DNA from: a virus
Lineage: Duplodnaviria > Caudoviricetes
DNA: 27,989 bases
Reading direction: 5' to 3' (one strand)
Virus record (IMG/VR): IMGVR_UViG_3300020044_003358
Location: 1 to 27,989 of that record
Below, piece after piece: positions 15,499-23,505 of the stretch; the first letter of the stretch is position 1, and each line of letters starts with the position of its first letter. The notes below the pieces were generated by a model. That model was not told the origin of the DNA, made no database searches, and saw only the letters and a program-made list of their open reading frames with translations. Position numbers and translations under genes: made by a program.

Positions 15499-17990
15499 TA
15501 TTTAGACGCCTGTGTTGCATAAGCCGCAGCGCCAATTAAAACTGTCTTAATTGGATCAGTTATTCTAAATTTAAAAACATAGTTTCGTGATACTCCTAAT
15601 CTGCGCCATTCAGCGCGGCTTAAGAAATCACCTTGCGCTCCACATGTCGCCCACATTTCATCGCCCCAAGTGTATCCACCATCTCGGCTCACTTGTAACA
15701 TGACTTGAGGATTTTGACCTTGACCATCATTAAGCCCACCGCCTTGTTCCATATCCAATCGCAAACGATAAATATGAAGTTTATTAAACGAGGTGTTTAC
15801 AAAGAAATGAGGGGTAATTAATTCTCTAGCTATTAAATCACCATTATCTGTGTAAGATGCAGGATCAAGAATATACAAATTACCATTACGGTAATCGGAA
15901 GTTATTACATGGAAGTCAAATTGACAGCCAAAATTAGCATAATGTCTTGTGGTAGCACCAGATAATAAGGTACTCCAAACTTGTGAAGTTGCATCATAAA
16001 GCCAAGTAACGCCTTGTTGTTGAAAACTTATTTGATAAAATTCATGCCCATTTTGACGATAACTAAAAGCAATTGCATCACTTGGGTTTACATATTCATT
16101 AAACAAGAAATCTAAATCTGGAGTAGATACAGTAACAGGGCGATAATTTTGAATCGTTACAACTGATAATCCACCTCGTCTAGCTCGTCCTAAATAAATT
16201 AACTCACCATTACATCGAGCAATGCTCCATCTAGCAGCTACACCCATATCGGTAGGAGAGCCTGGAATCCTTAACAAAGGAAAAGGGTACGCGCCAATAT
16301 CTTGCCAATATTCTTGAGATATAAACCCTAACAATACTAAACAGCTATTATCAACAGCAACAGCTTCTAAATTATCTGTATAAGCTTCCTTACTGGCAAA
16401 AGATAAAGCGTTCCATGTAAACCCATCATAGAGCTGGGATAAATAAAATTGTCTTGTATTAGGTGAATTAACAATGAAATATCCATCTAAGAAAGTTACA
16501 GTATTACCGCCAGGGAAACCAGCAGCTGTAATTTGCCTAAAATTATTAATTACTTCTAATCCTCCTGCCCCAACAGGATTAGTAGTAGAAACATTAAAAG
16601 TCCATTCATTAGCTAATGTGCAAGTGCCAGTTCCTACTGTAGTTCCAGTAGCTGCAAACGAAGTACCAACTTCATTATTTTGAGCGCCAACTAATTGAAA
16701 ATCAGATGATCCAATGCTATTGATAACGTATTGAGTACCGACAACTAATGCAGTAGCAGAAGTTAAAGGAAAATTGACAACATATTCACCTGATGGCACT
16801 GGCCCTGCGGTTTTTAAAATATCAACATTGTCATTTGTATGTCGATTGGTTGCAGTTTCTGTTACTGCAACAACACCGTTTTGTAAATAGGTAAGAAGTC
16901 CTGAAGAGCTATTGTTTATGGTTACGCCTGTACCAACAGGGGTTGTATAAACTGTTCCTGTGCCAGTTCCTACCCCAGACGCAGTAAATATAGTCCCTAT
17001 AGTATTAGATGCAGCGCCATAAAGTGTAAAATCTGTAGTACCTAAAGTTAAGATTTGATAACTTGTACCATTTACTAAAGCAGTTGCATTAATGACAGCT
17101 AATGACGCTGTAAATTCTAATCCTACAGTGTTAGATGCTGCGCCATAAAGGGTAAAATCTGTAGACCCTATAATTAAGATTATATATTTTTGACCATTTA
17201 CTAAAGCAGTTGCTGGAACATTAACATCAATAGTTGCAGGGACAACAGTGCCTGTTCCAAAGGTTGCTTTAGTAGCAGTAAAAACAGCGCCTAATACATT
17301 AGAAGCTGCACCTGCAAGCGTAAAATCTGAAGTTCCTAAAGTTAAAACTGTATATCTTGACCCTATTACTAAAGCATTCGCGGTGATAGGGGTTTGTAAA
17401 GATGGTAATACAACATTAAAAGTCCAACTGCCTTGTGTAGCTGAAGCAATTGTGTACGCGCCTGAAAGCACATCCCCACCGTCAGTAGTAACAGTAGCCG
17501 TATCGCCAGCGGTGCCAGCATTAACATAGCCTGACACTGTTATTGCTAACCCTGTTCGATTATAAACATTTGAAACTGAATTAGCTGGATAGGTATAGCT
17601 TAATTGTAGCGTTTTAGGCTCGTAAATGTATCCGTTTTCACCATCAACAATTATAACCTGTTGAGCATTATCAGAAATAGATACTGTGCCTTCAGCGGTT
17701 GAAAGCGTTCCTCTTTCAGTAACTACGCCATTTTTATCAATCTCTAATAGCTTATTAGCATTTACTGAATAAAGTAAATTTAATGATTGTAGCCACCATA
17801 ATCCTCGTGAAGGATTTTTACCTGCATTAGCAAATAGTGTTAAGCCAGGTGTGGGGTATGCGGCTAAATTTGTTTTATCTTTTTCAGGTTTAACTTCAAG
17901 AAAAAGATTCTGCCTTTTTTGTGCAGATACAGCTTTAGATCGCCCTGCTATGCCAGCCCCTAGTATAGGAAGTACAATGGCTTCTGGCAT
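15498..17990 (-). CDS. Packaged-DNA stabilization/tail hub protein, P22 gp10-like, with ~354-aa insertion
   Basis: PTPGL, DNAQQVIIVDG, FPGGNTVTFLDGYF, YRQNGHEFYQISF, TWLYD, PQVMLQVSRDGGYTW, WRRLG; follows the gp4-like gene. Confidence 0.9.
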   Translation of the reverse strand: MPEAIVLPILGAGIAGRSKAVSAQKRQNLFLEVKPEKDKTNLAAYPTPGLTLFANAGKNPSRGLWWLQSLNLLYSVNANKLLEIDKNGVVTERGTLSTAEGTVSISDNAQQVIIVDGENGYIYEPKTLQLSYTYPANSVSNVYNRTGLAITVSGYVNAGTAGDTATVTTDGGDVLSGAYTIASATQGSWTFNVVLPSLQTPITANALVIGSRYTVLTLGTSDFTLAGAASNVLGAVFTATKATFGTGTVVPATIDVNVPATALVNGQKYIILIIGSTDFTLYGAASNTVGLEFTASLAVINATALVNGTSYQILTLGTTDFTLYGAASNTIGTIFTASGVGTGTGTVYTTPVGTGVTINNSSSGLLTYLQNGVVAVTETATNRHTNDNVDILKTAGPVPSGEYVVNFPLTSATALVVGTQYVINSIGSSDFQLVGAQNNEVGTSFAATGTTVGTGTCTLANEWTFNVSTTNPVGAGGLEVINNFRQITAAGFPGGNTVTFLDGYFIVNSPNTRQFYLSQLYDGFTWNALSFASKEAYTDNLEAVAVDNSCLVLLGFISQEYWQDIGAYPFPLLRIPGSPTDMGVAARWSIARCNGELIYLGRARRGGLSVVTIQNYRPVTVSTPDLDFLFNEYVNPSDAIAFSYRQNGHEFYQISFQQQGVTWLYDATSQVWSTLLSGATTRHYANFGCQFDFHVITSDYRNGNLYILDPASYTDNGDLIARELITPHFFVNTSFNKLHIYRLRLDMEQGGGLNDGQGQNPQVMLQVSRDGGYTWGDEMWATCGAQGDFLSRAEWRRLGVSRNYVFKFRITDPIKTVLIGAAAYATQASK
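16614..17387 (-). repeat. Four ~48-aa repeats (AxALVxGxxYxI..G.xDFxLxGAxxN.xG..FxA....GTG) in the gp10-like gene
   Basis: R1 ~17241-17387, R2 ~17103-17219 with tail ~16917-16946, R3 ~16947-17093, R4 ~16614-16763. R2 and R3 share an identical 21-mer, accatttactaaagcagttgc. Confidence 0.9.
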
Positions 17991-19093
17991 TATCGTCCGT
18001 ATCCATCGCTATAAATATTGTATCTCATTTGGCTGGTACTCATAAGCGCTACATCCGTACTAAGGGTAGGAGTTCGTTGATTAATTCTTTTAATGCGTTT
18101 AATAGCATTTTGAGCTAAAGCAACAGAAGTTTGTCTAATATCAAATTGGTATTCTTCAGCAATACGAATTGCTAAATTAAATACTATCGCTTCCCAATAG
18201 CCTGGAGGAAGGCTAATGTAAGCAGTAGGGTCATTAACAACAGTAAAAGGTTTCCATGATGTCAAAGTAATCGTTTCATTACTTGATGAGCATATTGGAT
18301 AGATGTAGACGTTTCCAATAGGAAACCCTCTATCATAAAATAAATAGCCGGGAAAATTAGTTTGTAAACTTTTAAGTCTTACAGCATTGTAATCATCCCA
18401 TTCCATAATTTGCATGGGGTAATCAACAGGTATGCTACCTGTGTAGATAGTAAAATATGCGTCAATAATTCGACTAGGCCTGATAGTATTCCAAGTAGCT
18501 CCAAGTCCTATAGTGTAAGGGTTAGTACCAGAGGATAAAGGAAAGGTTTCCCTAGTAATCTGATAAAGCATTAATTCATCAACCGACCACGAATCTAACA
18601 TACGATTAAGCGATTCTATACCATCTTTAAGCTCGTTTGCGGTTAAATCCGTATCTACAGAAGATACTTGAATTAATCGCATTGCAGCGCGTACTAAGTC
18701 ATTTGCTGTATAAAGCTGACCGACATTGCTGACCATTGAAACAGCAACAGTGTAAGGTGATATGTAAGCCCAAACATGCGCTTGATTGATCCAAAATAAT
18801 GATAAATCCCCCCAAATAGGCGCGGGTAAAGTCCAAATATCATTAATAAAAACAGTTGATATAAGATTCCCCCCTTTTAACTGGATGTCGTAATTCAGAG
18901 TTCCATCAGCTACCCAAAAAGATATATTGTATCCACTTGTAATTACTAAAGGGTTAGCTATTGGTGTAGTCAGAGCTTCATCTTGGAAGATTGCCGCCGC
19001 AGAAGAAGTATTGGCGTAAAATACTCCAACAGAAATCAAACCTAATTGACCTCCTTTTTGGGGGATTAAATCAAGAGTAAAATATCTGGCCAT
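17990..19093 (-). CDS. Head-tail adaptor, P22 gp4-like, with extra N-terminal domain
   Basis: Core from ~aa 127: TANDLVRAAMRLI...DGIESLNRMLDSWS...LPPGYWEAIVFNLAIRIAEEY...IKRIN; lies upstream of the gp10-like gene. Confidence 0.85.
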   Translation of the reverse strand: MARYFTLDLIPQKGGQLGLISVGVFYANTSSAAAIFQDEALTTPIANPLVITSGYNISFWVADGTLNYDIQLKGGNLISTVFINDIWTLPAPIWGDLSLFWINQAHVWAYISPYTVAVSMVSNVGQLYTANDLVRAAMRLIQVSSVDTDLTANELKDGIESLNRMLDSWSVDELMLYQITRETFPLSSGTNPYTIGLGATWNTIRPSRIIDAYFTIYTGSIPVDYPMQIMEWDDYNAVRLKSLQTNFPGYLFYDRGFPIGNVYIYPICSSSNETITLTSWKPFTVVNDPTAYISLPPGYWEAIVFNLAIRIAEEYQFDIRQTSVALAQNAIKRIKRINQRTPTLSTDVALMSTSQMRYNIYSDGYGR

Positions 19094-19120
19094 TAATTAT
19101 TCCAAGTTAAAGTAAAATCA

Positions 19121-21415
19121 TTATACTGCACTAACAATAATGCCGTTTACAACAGTTACTGTTTTGGCATCAGCAGATGTAAATGTTCCGGTATATCGAT
19201 TGCTGTAATTATTAACTGTCAATGAATCTACAACAAGGTTCCCCATACTCATGTTAAAAGCGCCCAAATTGTTAAAGCCAATTCCCAATAGTATGCTTTG
19301 TGGCAAAGCTAAAAAAGTTGAAAAATCAAGATTATAAATACCTGAAATATATTCACCATTTACATACAGTAAATATGCCCCTGTATAAGCGCTTGTTCCC
19401 TGTATTGCTTCAATCTTAACTGTGTATTTTGTCGATGCGGTAAGAGTTTTACCTTTTGGAGTATAGTTAATAGTCCCTGATGCGTTAAAAATATACCCTT
19501 GTAAAGCTACTCCAGCGGCGGTTATAATTAATTGCGCCCCCGCAACACTTCCACTTGGGATACCAACACCAAGTAGTTGTTGGCTTAAAATGACTACGGT
19601 TTTAGGTGCGCCAGTTGTTAACCCAACCGTAACTGGAACATACAAATCAAATTGAAAAGACGTTCCATTTGTAAACGCAACATTTTTTGCGATTGTTGAA
19701 TTTGCAGTAGTAACATTAAAATTGACTGCGTTACCCACACCCCAAGGTGAAGCCCCTACTGTTGGGGTTGTGCCTGCCGTAGTCCATCCAGCAAGGCTAG
19801 TAAAAGTATCAGTAATTAAATTAGTTGATCCACTAACGATAAATGTTGGAGTACCAAAGCCGTTCAAATACTTACTATAAAGCGCTTCTCTTTGATTAGT
19901 GTATGTTTTATTTACTCCAGCAGGAAGGAAATCTATTCCGTTTACTTTTATAGAAGCTCCTCCTTGCGCCCAAGTTACCCATTGATTTGCCAATGCTTGA
20001 CGAGCAGCTAATGTTGTTGGATGGTAGCCATCAGGAAAATATATTGGCTCGTCTTGCGGTTTTATATCGTAATAAAACCCAATGTCAAAAAATGGCAAAC
20101 CCCATTTTTCTGCAATTTTTTTAATTTGTTCAGCGTTTGAATATATTGCATACGGTTTGGCATACCCCGCTGAATATTCATTTGGCGCACCAGACAATGT
20201 AATGGTGCAATCAGCGTTACCGTAAACAATTGCCGCGTTTTTAATGTATGAAATTAAAAAATTCCATGCCCCGCAAAGTGTATCCCGATCAACTTTTGCA
20301 ACCGTTCCGGATGTAAATGTTCCGGTGTATGCTGAACTATTAATATTTAAAACAAAGCTAGTTCCGGCTACAGATTGAACTCGGCCAGCAGCATAATCTA
20401 AAAAAGGAACTCCTGTAATACGGAAAATAACTGCATCGCCTACAGCTAAACCATGTCCTGAAGAAGTAAACGATGTTGTTGCGCCTTTGGCAACAGCCGT
20501 AACGCTAGTTGTTGTAGGGTTTAAAATTCCAAACTGTGCGCCCACATCATTATGGTTGTGGTCTAGCATGACCGCATCATAAGGGTTACTGCTAAATTGC
20601 TGTTTAATCCTATAATCGCAAGTCATTAATGATGCTTTAGTAATAATGTCAAAAGAATCATCGTATGCGCTAGTCGGGCCGTACAAAGCAAGCCCCGCCA
20701 AGCGATCATCCTCTGTCATTGAAAGCCGCGTAATTGTTGATAATAGAAATGGATCAGCAGTAACGGTATACTCTGCTGCTGAACCCGCCCAAGCCATATT
20801 ATTAACTGTGCAATTTAAGTCCCTTCCAAACAGTGTAGGATAACTATCAACGCTGCCGCCTTGATGAGGTATAGAAGTTCCTAACCAAAGAACTCGTTTA
20901 CTATCCCAATCAAGTCTTAATGATTTGGTGCGTGGTCGTTGAATTTGCAAATCCGGTAAGGGTGACGTAGGTTTTACAAAAGCTTGCGCGCCGCGTGAAT
21001 TCGTGTAAGTCATTGTACCGTTAAAATACTTTTTGCTAATTTGCGCTTCAGTTAAAGTTGTTATGACATTTAACCCTACCAAATCAATGTATTCAACATT
21101 AGACGCTTCAGCAGCTAAAACCGCAATGTTATCGTTAGTAACACCATCACCTATAACGCCAAAGTAGGTAATTGATGGAAAATCTCCAAAACCGTCACTA
21201 ATTAATCTTGGTAAAGCGCCAGTTATTGTAATTCCATTTTTAGATGCTTGAAATGTATCTGATGTAGTTACAGAAGCTCCGGCAGAGCTAAGGCTTAAGC
21301 CAGTAACATTTCCATTACCATCTTGAACTTGTTGCAAAGTTGAAGTTATGCCGCCAGGAACCTGCAATAAGCCTGGAAAGGATAAATTTTGTTGCTGATT
21401 CGCTAGGCTAGACAT
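19121..21415 (-). CDS. Tailspike-like protein with SGNH/GDSL esterase domain and C-terminal lectin-like beta-sandwich
   Basis: Neck motif FGVIGDGVTND; SGNH blocks WLGTSI, NMAWAGS, HNHND, DGYHP; beta-rich C-terminus ending TFTSADAKTVTVVNGII. Confidence 0.8.
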   Translation of the reverse strand: MSSLANQQQNLSFPGLLQVPGGITSTLQQVQDGNGNVTGLSLSSAGASVTTSDTFQASKNGITITGALPRLISDGFGDFPSITYFGVIGDGVTNDNIAVLAAEASNVEYIDLVGLNVITTLTEAQISKKYFNGTMTYTNSRGAQAFVKPTSPLPDLQIQRPRTKSLRLDWDSKRVLWLGTSIPHQGGSVDSYPTLFGRDLNCTVNNMAWAGSAAEYTVTADPFLLSTITRLSMTEDDRLAGLALYGPTSAYDDSFDIITKASLMTCDYRIKQQFSSNPYDAVMLDHNHNDVGAQFGILNPTTTSVTAVAKGATTSFTSSGHGLAVGDAVIFRITGVPFLDYAAGRVQSVAGTSFVLNINSSAYTGTFTSGTVAKVDRDTLCGAWNFLISYIKNAAIVYGNADCTITLSGAPNEYSAGYAKPYAIYSNAEQIKKIAEKWGLPFFDIGFYYDIKPQDEPIYFPDGYHPTTLAARQALANQWVTWAQGGASIKVNGIDFLPAGVNKTYTNQREALYSKYLNGFGTPTFIVSGSTNLITDTFTSLAGWTTAGTTPTVGASPWGVGNAVNFNVTTANSTIAKNVAFTNGTSFQFDLYVPVTVGLTTGAPKTVVILSQQLLGVGIPSGSVAGAQLIITAAGVALQGYIFNASGTINYTPKGKTLTASTKYTVKIEAIQGTSAYTGAYLLYVNGEYISGIYNLDFSTFLALPQSILLGIGFNNLGAFNMSMGNLVVDSLTVNNYSNRYTGTFTSADAKTVTVVNGIIVSAV

Positions 21416-21418
21416 TTA

Positions 21419-21598
21419 CTATTCCTCAAATTTGGTCGATCTAACACGTTTTACGGGAGTTTCTTTGCCCTTATAGTCCCATTCTTGGGAAGTTAGCCAT
21501 CCATCCTTGGATAAAGCTTTATATTCTTGCTCATCGATGGCAATTGTTGAATTGTCATATGAGTCTTTGTGCATCGAGCACGGATATTCGATTGCCAT
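21419..21598 (-). CDS. Small virion-morphogenesis-region protein, 59 aa (not in ORF track)
   Basis: Hand translation MAIEYPCSMHKDSYDNSTIAIDEQEYKALSKDGWLTSQEWDYKGKETPVKRVRSTKFEE*. AGGTG SD; ends TAG TAA directly before the next ATG. Confidence 0.75.
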   Translation of the reverse strand: MAIEYPCSMHKDSYDNSTIAIDEQEYKALSKDGWLTSQEWDYKGKETPVKRVRSTKFEE

Positions 21599-21607
21599 AA
21601 TTCACCT

Positions 21608-21644
21608 AAAAGGAAAAAGGTGGAGGACTTTAAACCTCCACCTT
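21608..21644 (-). terminator. Rho-independent terminator after the coat and decoration genes
   Basis: 10-bp stem aaggtggagg/cctccacctt with an 8-nt loop, running into TTTTTCCTTTT on the - strand. Confidence 0.85.
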
Positions 21645-21651
21645 CAACTTA

Positions 21652-22026
21652 CTATGGGTTATTAGCCGCAATTGCACCGTAGTTACTTGGTGATGCTGTC
21701 ATAAAGTCAGTAGCAACAGGGTAAGAACGAACAATTTGAACTAAATATGTATCCGCTGCTGGGGTTTTACTTGCAGCAGTTGGGTTTACATAAGTGATAC
21801 TGATAGTGTTAGCAGCTTTTACTCTTGCGCCAGCTATAGCAACGCCAGCAGTTTGAGCTGCTGTAGTTGATACTGATACAAAATCACCTACAGCAACGCC
21901 AGTAAGAGTAAAATCTTGCTCGGCAGTGGTAATTGTTGCAACAGCAGCAGGAGTTACTGCTAAAGATACAATAGATGTAGCGCGAATTGGTGCGACTGCA
22001 ACTATATTAGGGCCTGGATTACTCAT
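21652..22026 (-). CDS. Probable capsid decoration/cement protein, 124 aa
   Basis: A/T/V-rich beta protein (TAEQDFTLTGVAVGDFVSV...ARVKAANTISITYVN). Co-transcribed with coat before the terminator; AGGAG SD. Confidence 0.7.
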   Translation of the reverse strand: MSNPGPNIVAVAPIRATSIVSLAVTPAAVATITTAEQDFTLTGVAVGDFVSVSTTAAQTAGVAIAGARVKAANTISITYVNPTAASKTPAADTYLVQIVRSYPVATDFMTASPSNYGAIAANNP

Positions 22027-22041
22027 ATTAAAATACTCCTA

Positions 22042-23295
22042 TTAACCAGTGATACGGCAAGCCAGCTCAGGATAAACTGTGCTGAAACCATAAAGAACAT
22101 CAAGACGAGTCGGCAATTGGTCAGAGTTAATATCGTATTGGCGAACCAAACGAATTGACAAACCATCAGCAGAAGCACGTCCAGCCATATCAACACCTTG
22201 AGGTAATAATAGGTCAGCAGTACCAAGAGCAAACGCATCGCGATGGAACGCAATAGCATTGGCGTAGCTTGCACCAGCAGAACCTGAAATTACAGTAGCG
22301 TTGCCAGAAGCAATAGTACCAGTGGTGCTAGTTACGTTTTGGAATTGTCCGCTAAATACAGGTGTTGGGAATACTTGAACTGTTTGTGAAGAACCAGTAC
22401 CAGTAGTCAACGCAGTTACTACGAAGTTACGCAGTGTGCCAGTTGATTGACGGTTTTGTGGGTTCACAGCGTAAACGCCAGGTATTGTGAAAACAGTACC
22501 TTGAGTTAAAGTTTTACCATTAGTAATAGTAGCAGTTAAACCAAAAGTTGTTGCAGCGTTAGTTTGAACAGAACCGCCAGCTTGTGCAGCTACAGCGATA
22601 GTGTCAGTACCAACGATGAAAGAACCAGAAGTAAAGTTACCTACGTTTTGATCCATTGCAAAGTTAAAACCTAAAGTGCTGTCGCCCATTGCGCCTTTCT
22701 TGAATATTTCAGAAATAACACCTTGTGGGTTGAACAAGTTAGTCAAACCAGAAACGATACCAACATCGATAGTAGGATCAACAATAATGCTTCTTAATTC
22801 ATCAACAGGAGCAGCTTCTTGGTTCAATCTAGCACGAGCAGCTAAAATTGTGTTCAAAGATTGAGCTTGAGTTGGTGAGTTAGATAACACGCCAGGAGTA
22901 CCGACCATGTTATATACGTTTAAGAATTGTTGTAGACCGTCATAGTCGATTTTGTTAGCAACCGCAGCAATAGCAGGCTTAATAAAACGATCTGAGAAGT
23001 CAGAAATGTTTAAGCTCAAATCTTGAGTTGTAAACGCCATATCAACACCGAACTGAGTGTTCAGAGTCAATGGAACGTAAGTTTCAACAGAAGATTCAAC
23101 TTGAAGTGCAGGGCCAGTTCTACCAACATAACGAGGAGGTTTTCTCAAGTTAATAGTAGTACCGATTTTTGCGCCTTCGATGGCGAATTTGTCGTCATAT
23201 TGACGGCTAATAGCACGAGTAAAAACTAAGCTGTTGGTCAAGACCCGCAGAGCTTCGTTTGTAATCATGCTTATGGTAAGCAATTGATTAGACAT
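22042..23295 (-). CDS. Major capsid protein, P22 coat (gp5) family
   Basis: MSNQLLTISMITNEALRVL...GAKIGTTINLRKP...RFIKPA...RLDVLYG. ATG 23295 follows GGAG. Confidence 0.95.
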   Translation of the reverse strand: MSNQLLTISMITNEALRVLTNSLVFTRAISRQYDDKFAIEGAKIGTTINLRKPPRYVGRTGPALQVESSVETYVPLTLNTQFGVDMAFTTQDLSLNISDFSDRFIKPAIAAVANKIDYDGLQQFLNVYNMVGTPGVLSNSPTQAQSLNTILAARARLNQEAAPVDELRSIIVDPTIDVGIVSGLTNLFNPQGVISEIFKKGAMGDSTLGFNFAMDQNVGNFTSGSFIVGTDTIAVAAQAGGSVQTNAATTFGLTATITNGKTLTQGTVFTIPGVYAVNPQNRQSTGTLRNFVVTALTTGTGSSQTVQVFPTPVFSGQFQNVTSTTGTIASGNATVISGSAGASYANAIAFHRDAFALGTADLLLPQGVDMAGRASADGLSIRLVRQYDINSDQLPTRLDVLYGFSTVYPELACRITG

Positions 23296-23445
23296 ATTTG
23301 TCTCCAAATGAAAAGAAAAAGGTATTTAGCCTGATTTATTTCCAGATGGGAGCCAATCCCTCGAATTATCTGTACTGAGGTTGCCTAGCTATCTAAACAG
23401 GCAAAAGTTTAAATAGATGTGAGGTCATTATATACCATATCATAT
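23296..23445 (-). promoter_or_regulatory. Putative promoter (-10 TATAAT at 23427-23432) and structured ~125-nt leader of the coat gene
   Basis: Perfect -10 hexamer with AT-rich upstream but no good -35; overlapping inverted repeats at 23381-23416. Confidence 0.5.
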
Positions 23446-23458
23446 TTAAAATGTACAT

Positions 23459-23489
23459 AAAAAAATGCCACCAATAGGGTATTGGTGGC
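23459..23489 (-). terminator. Rho-independent terminator after the scaffold gene
   Basis: Perfect 10-bp stem gccaccaata/tattggtggc with a 3-nt loop, followed by A then T7 on the - strand. Confidence 0.85.
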
Positions 23490-23505
23490 GAGTCGGAGTT
23501 ATCGT

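Noticed and set aside
16614-17387. Repeats considered as DGR template/variable region or CRISPR array
   Set aside because: In-frame protein repeats with no adenine-specific mismatch pattern or spacers, and no reverse transcriptase or cas gene in the window.
16474-18045. + strand ORFs antisense to the gp10-like gene
   Set aside because: Shadow ORFs of a well-supported gene.
22023-22274. 83-aa alternative-frame ORF overlapping the coat 3' end (possible frameshift extension or spanin)
   Set aside because: It stops at the decoration gene start, so it creates no fusion; no slippery site or lipobox was seen.
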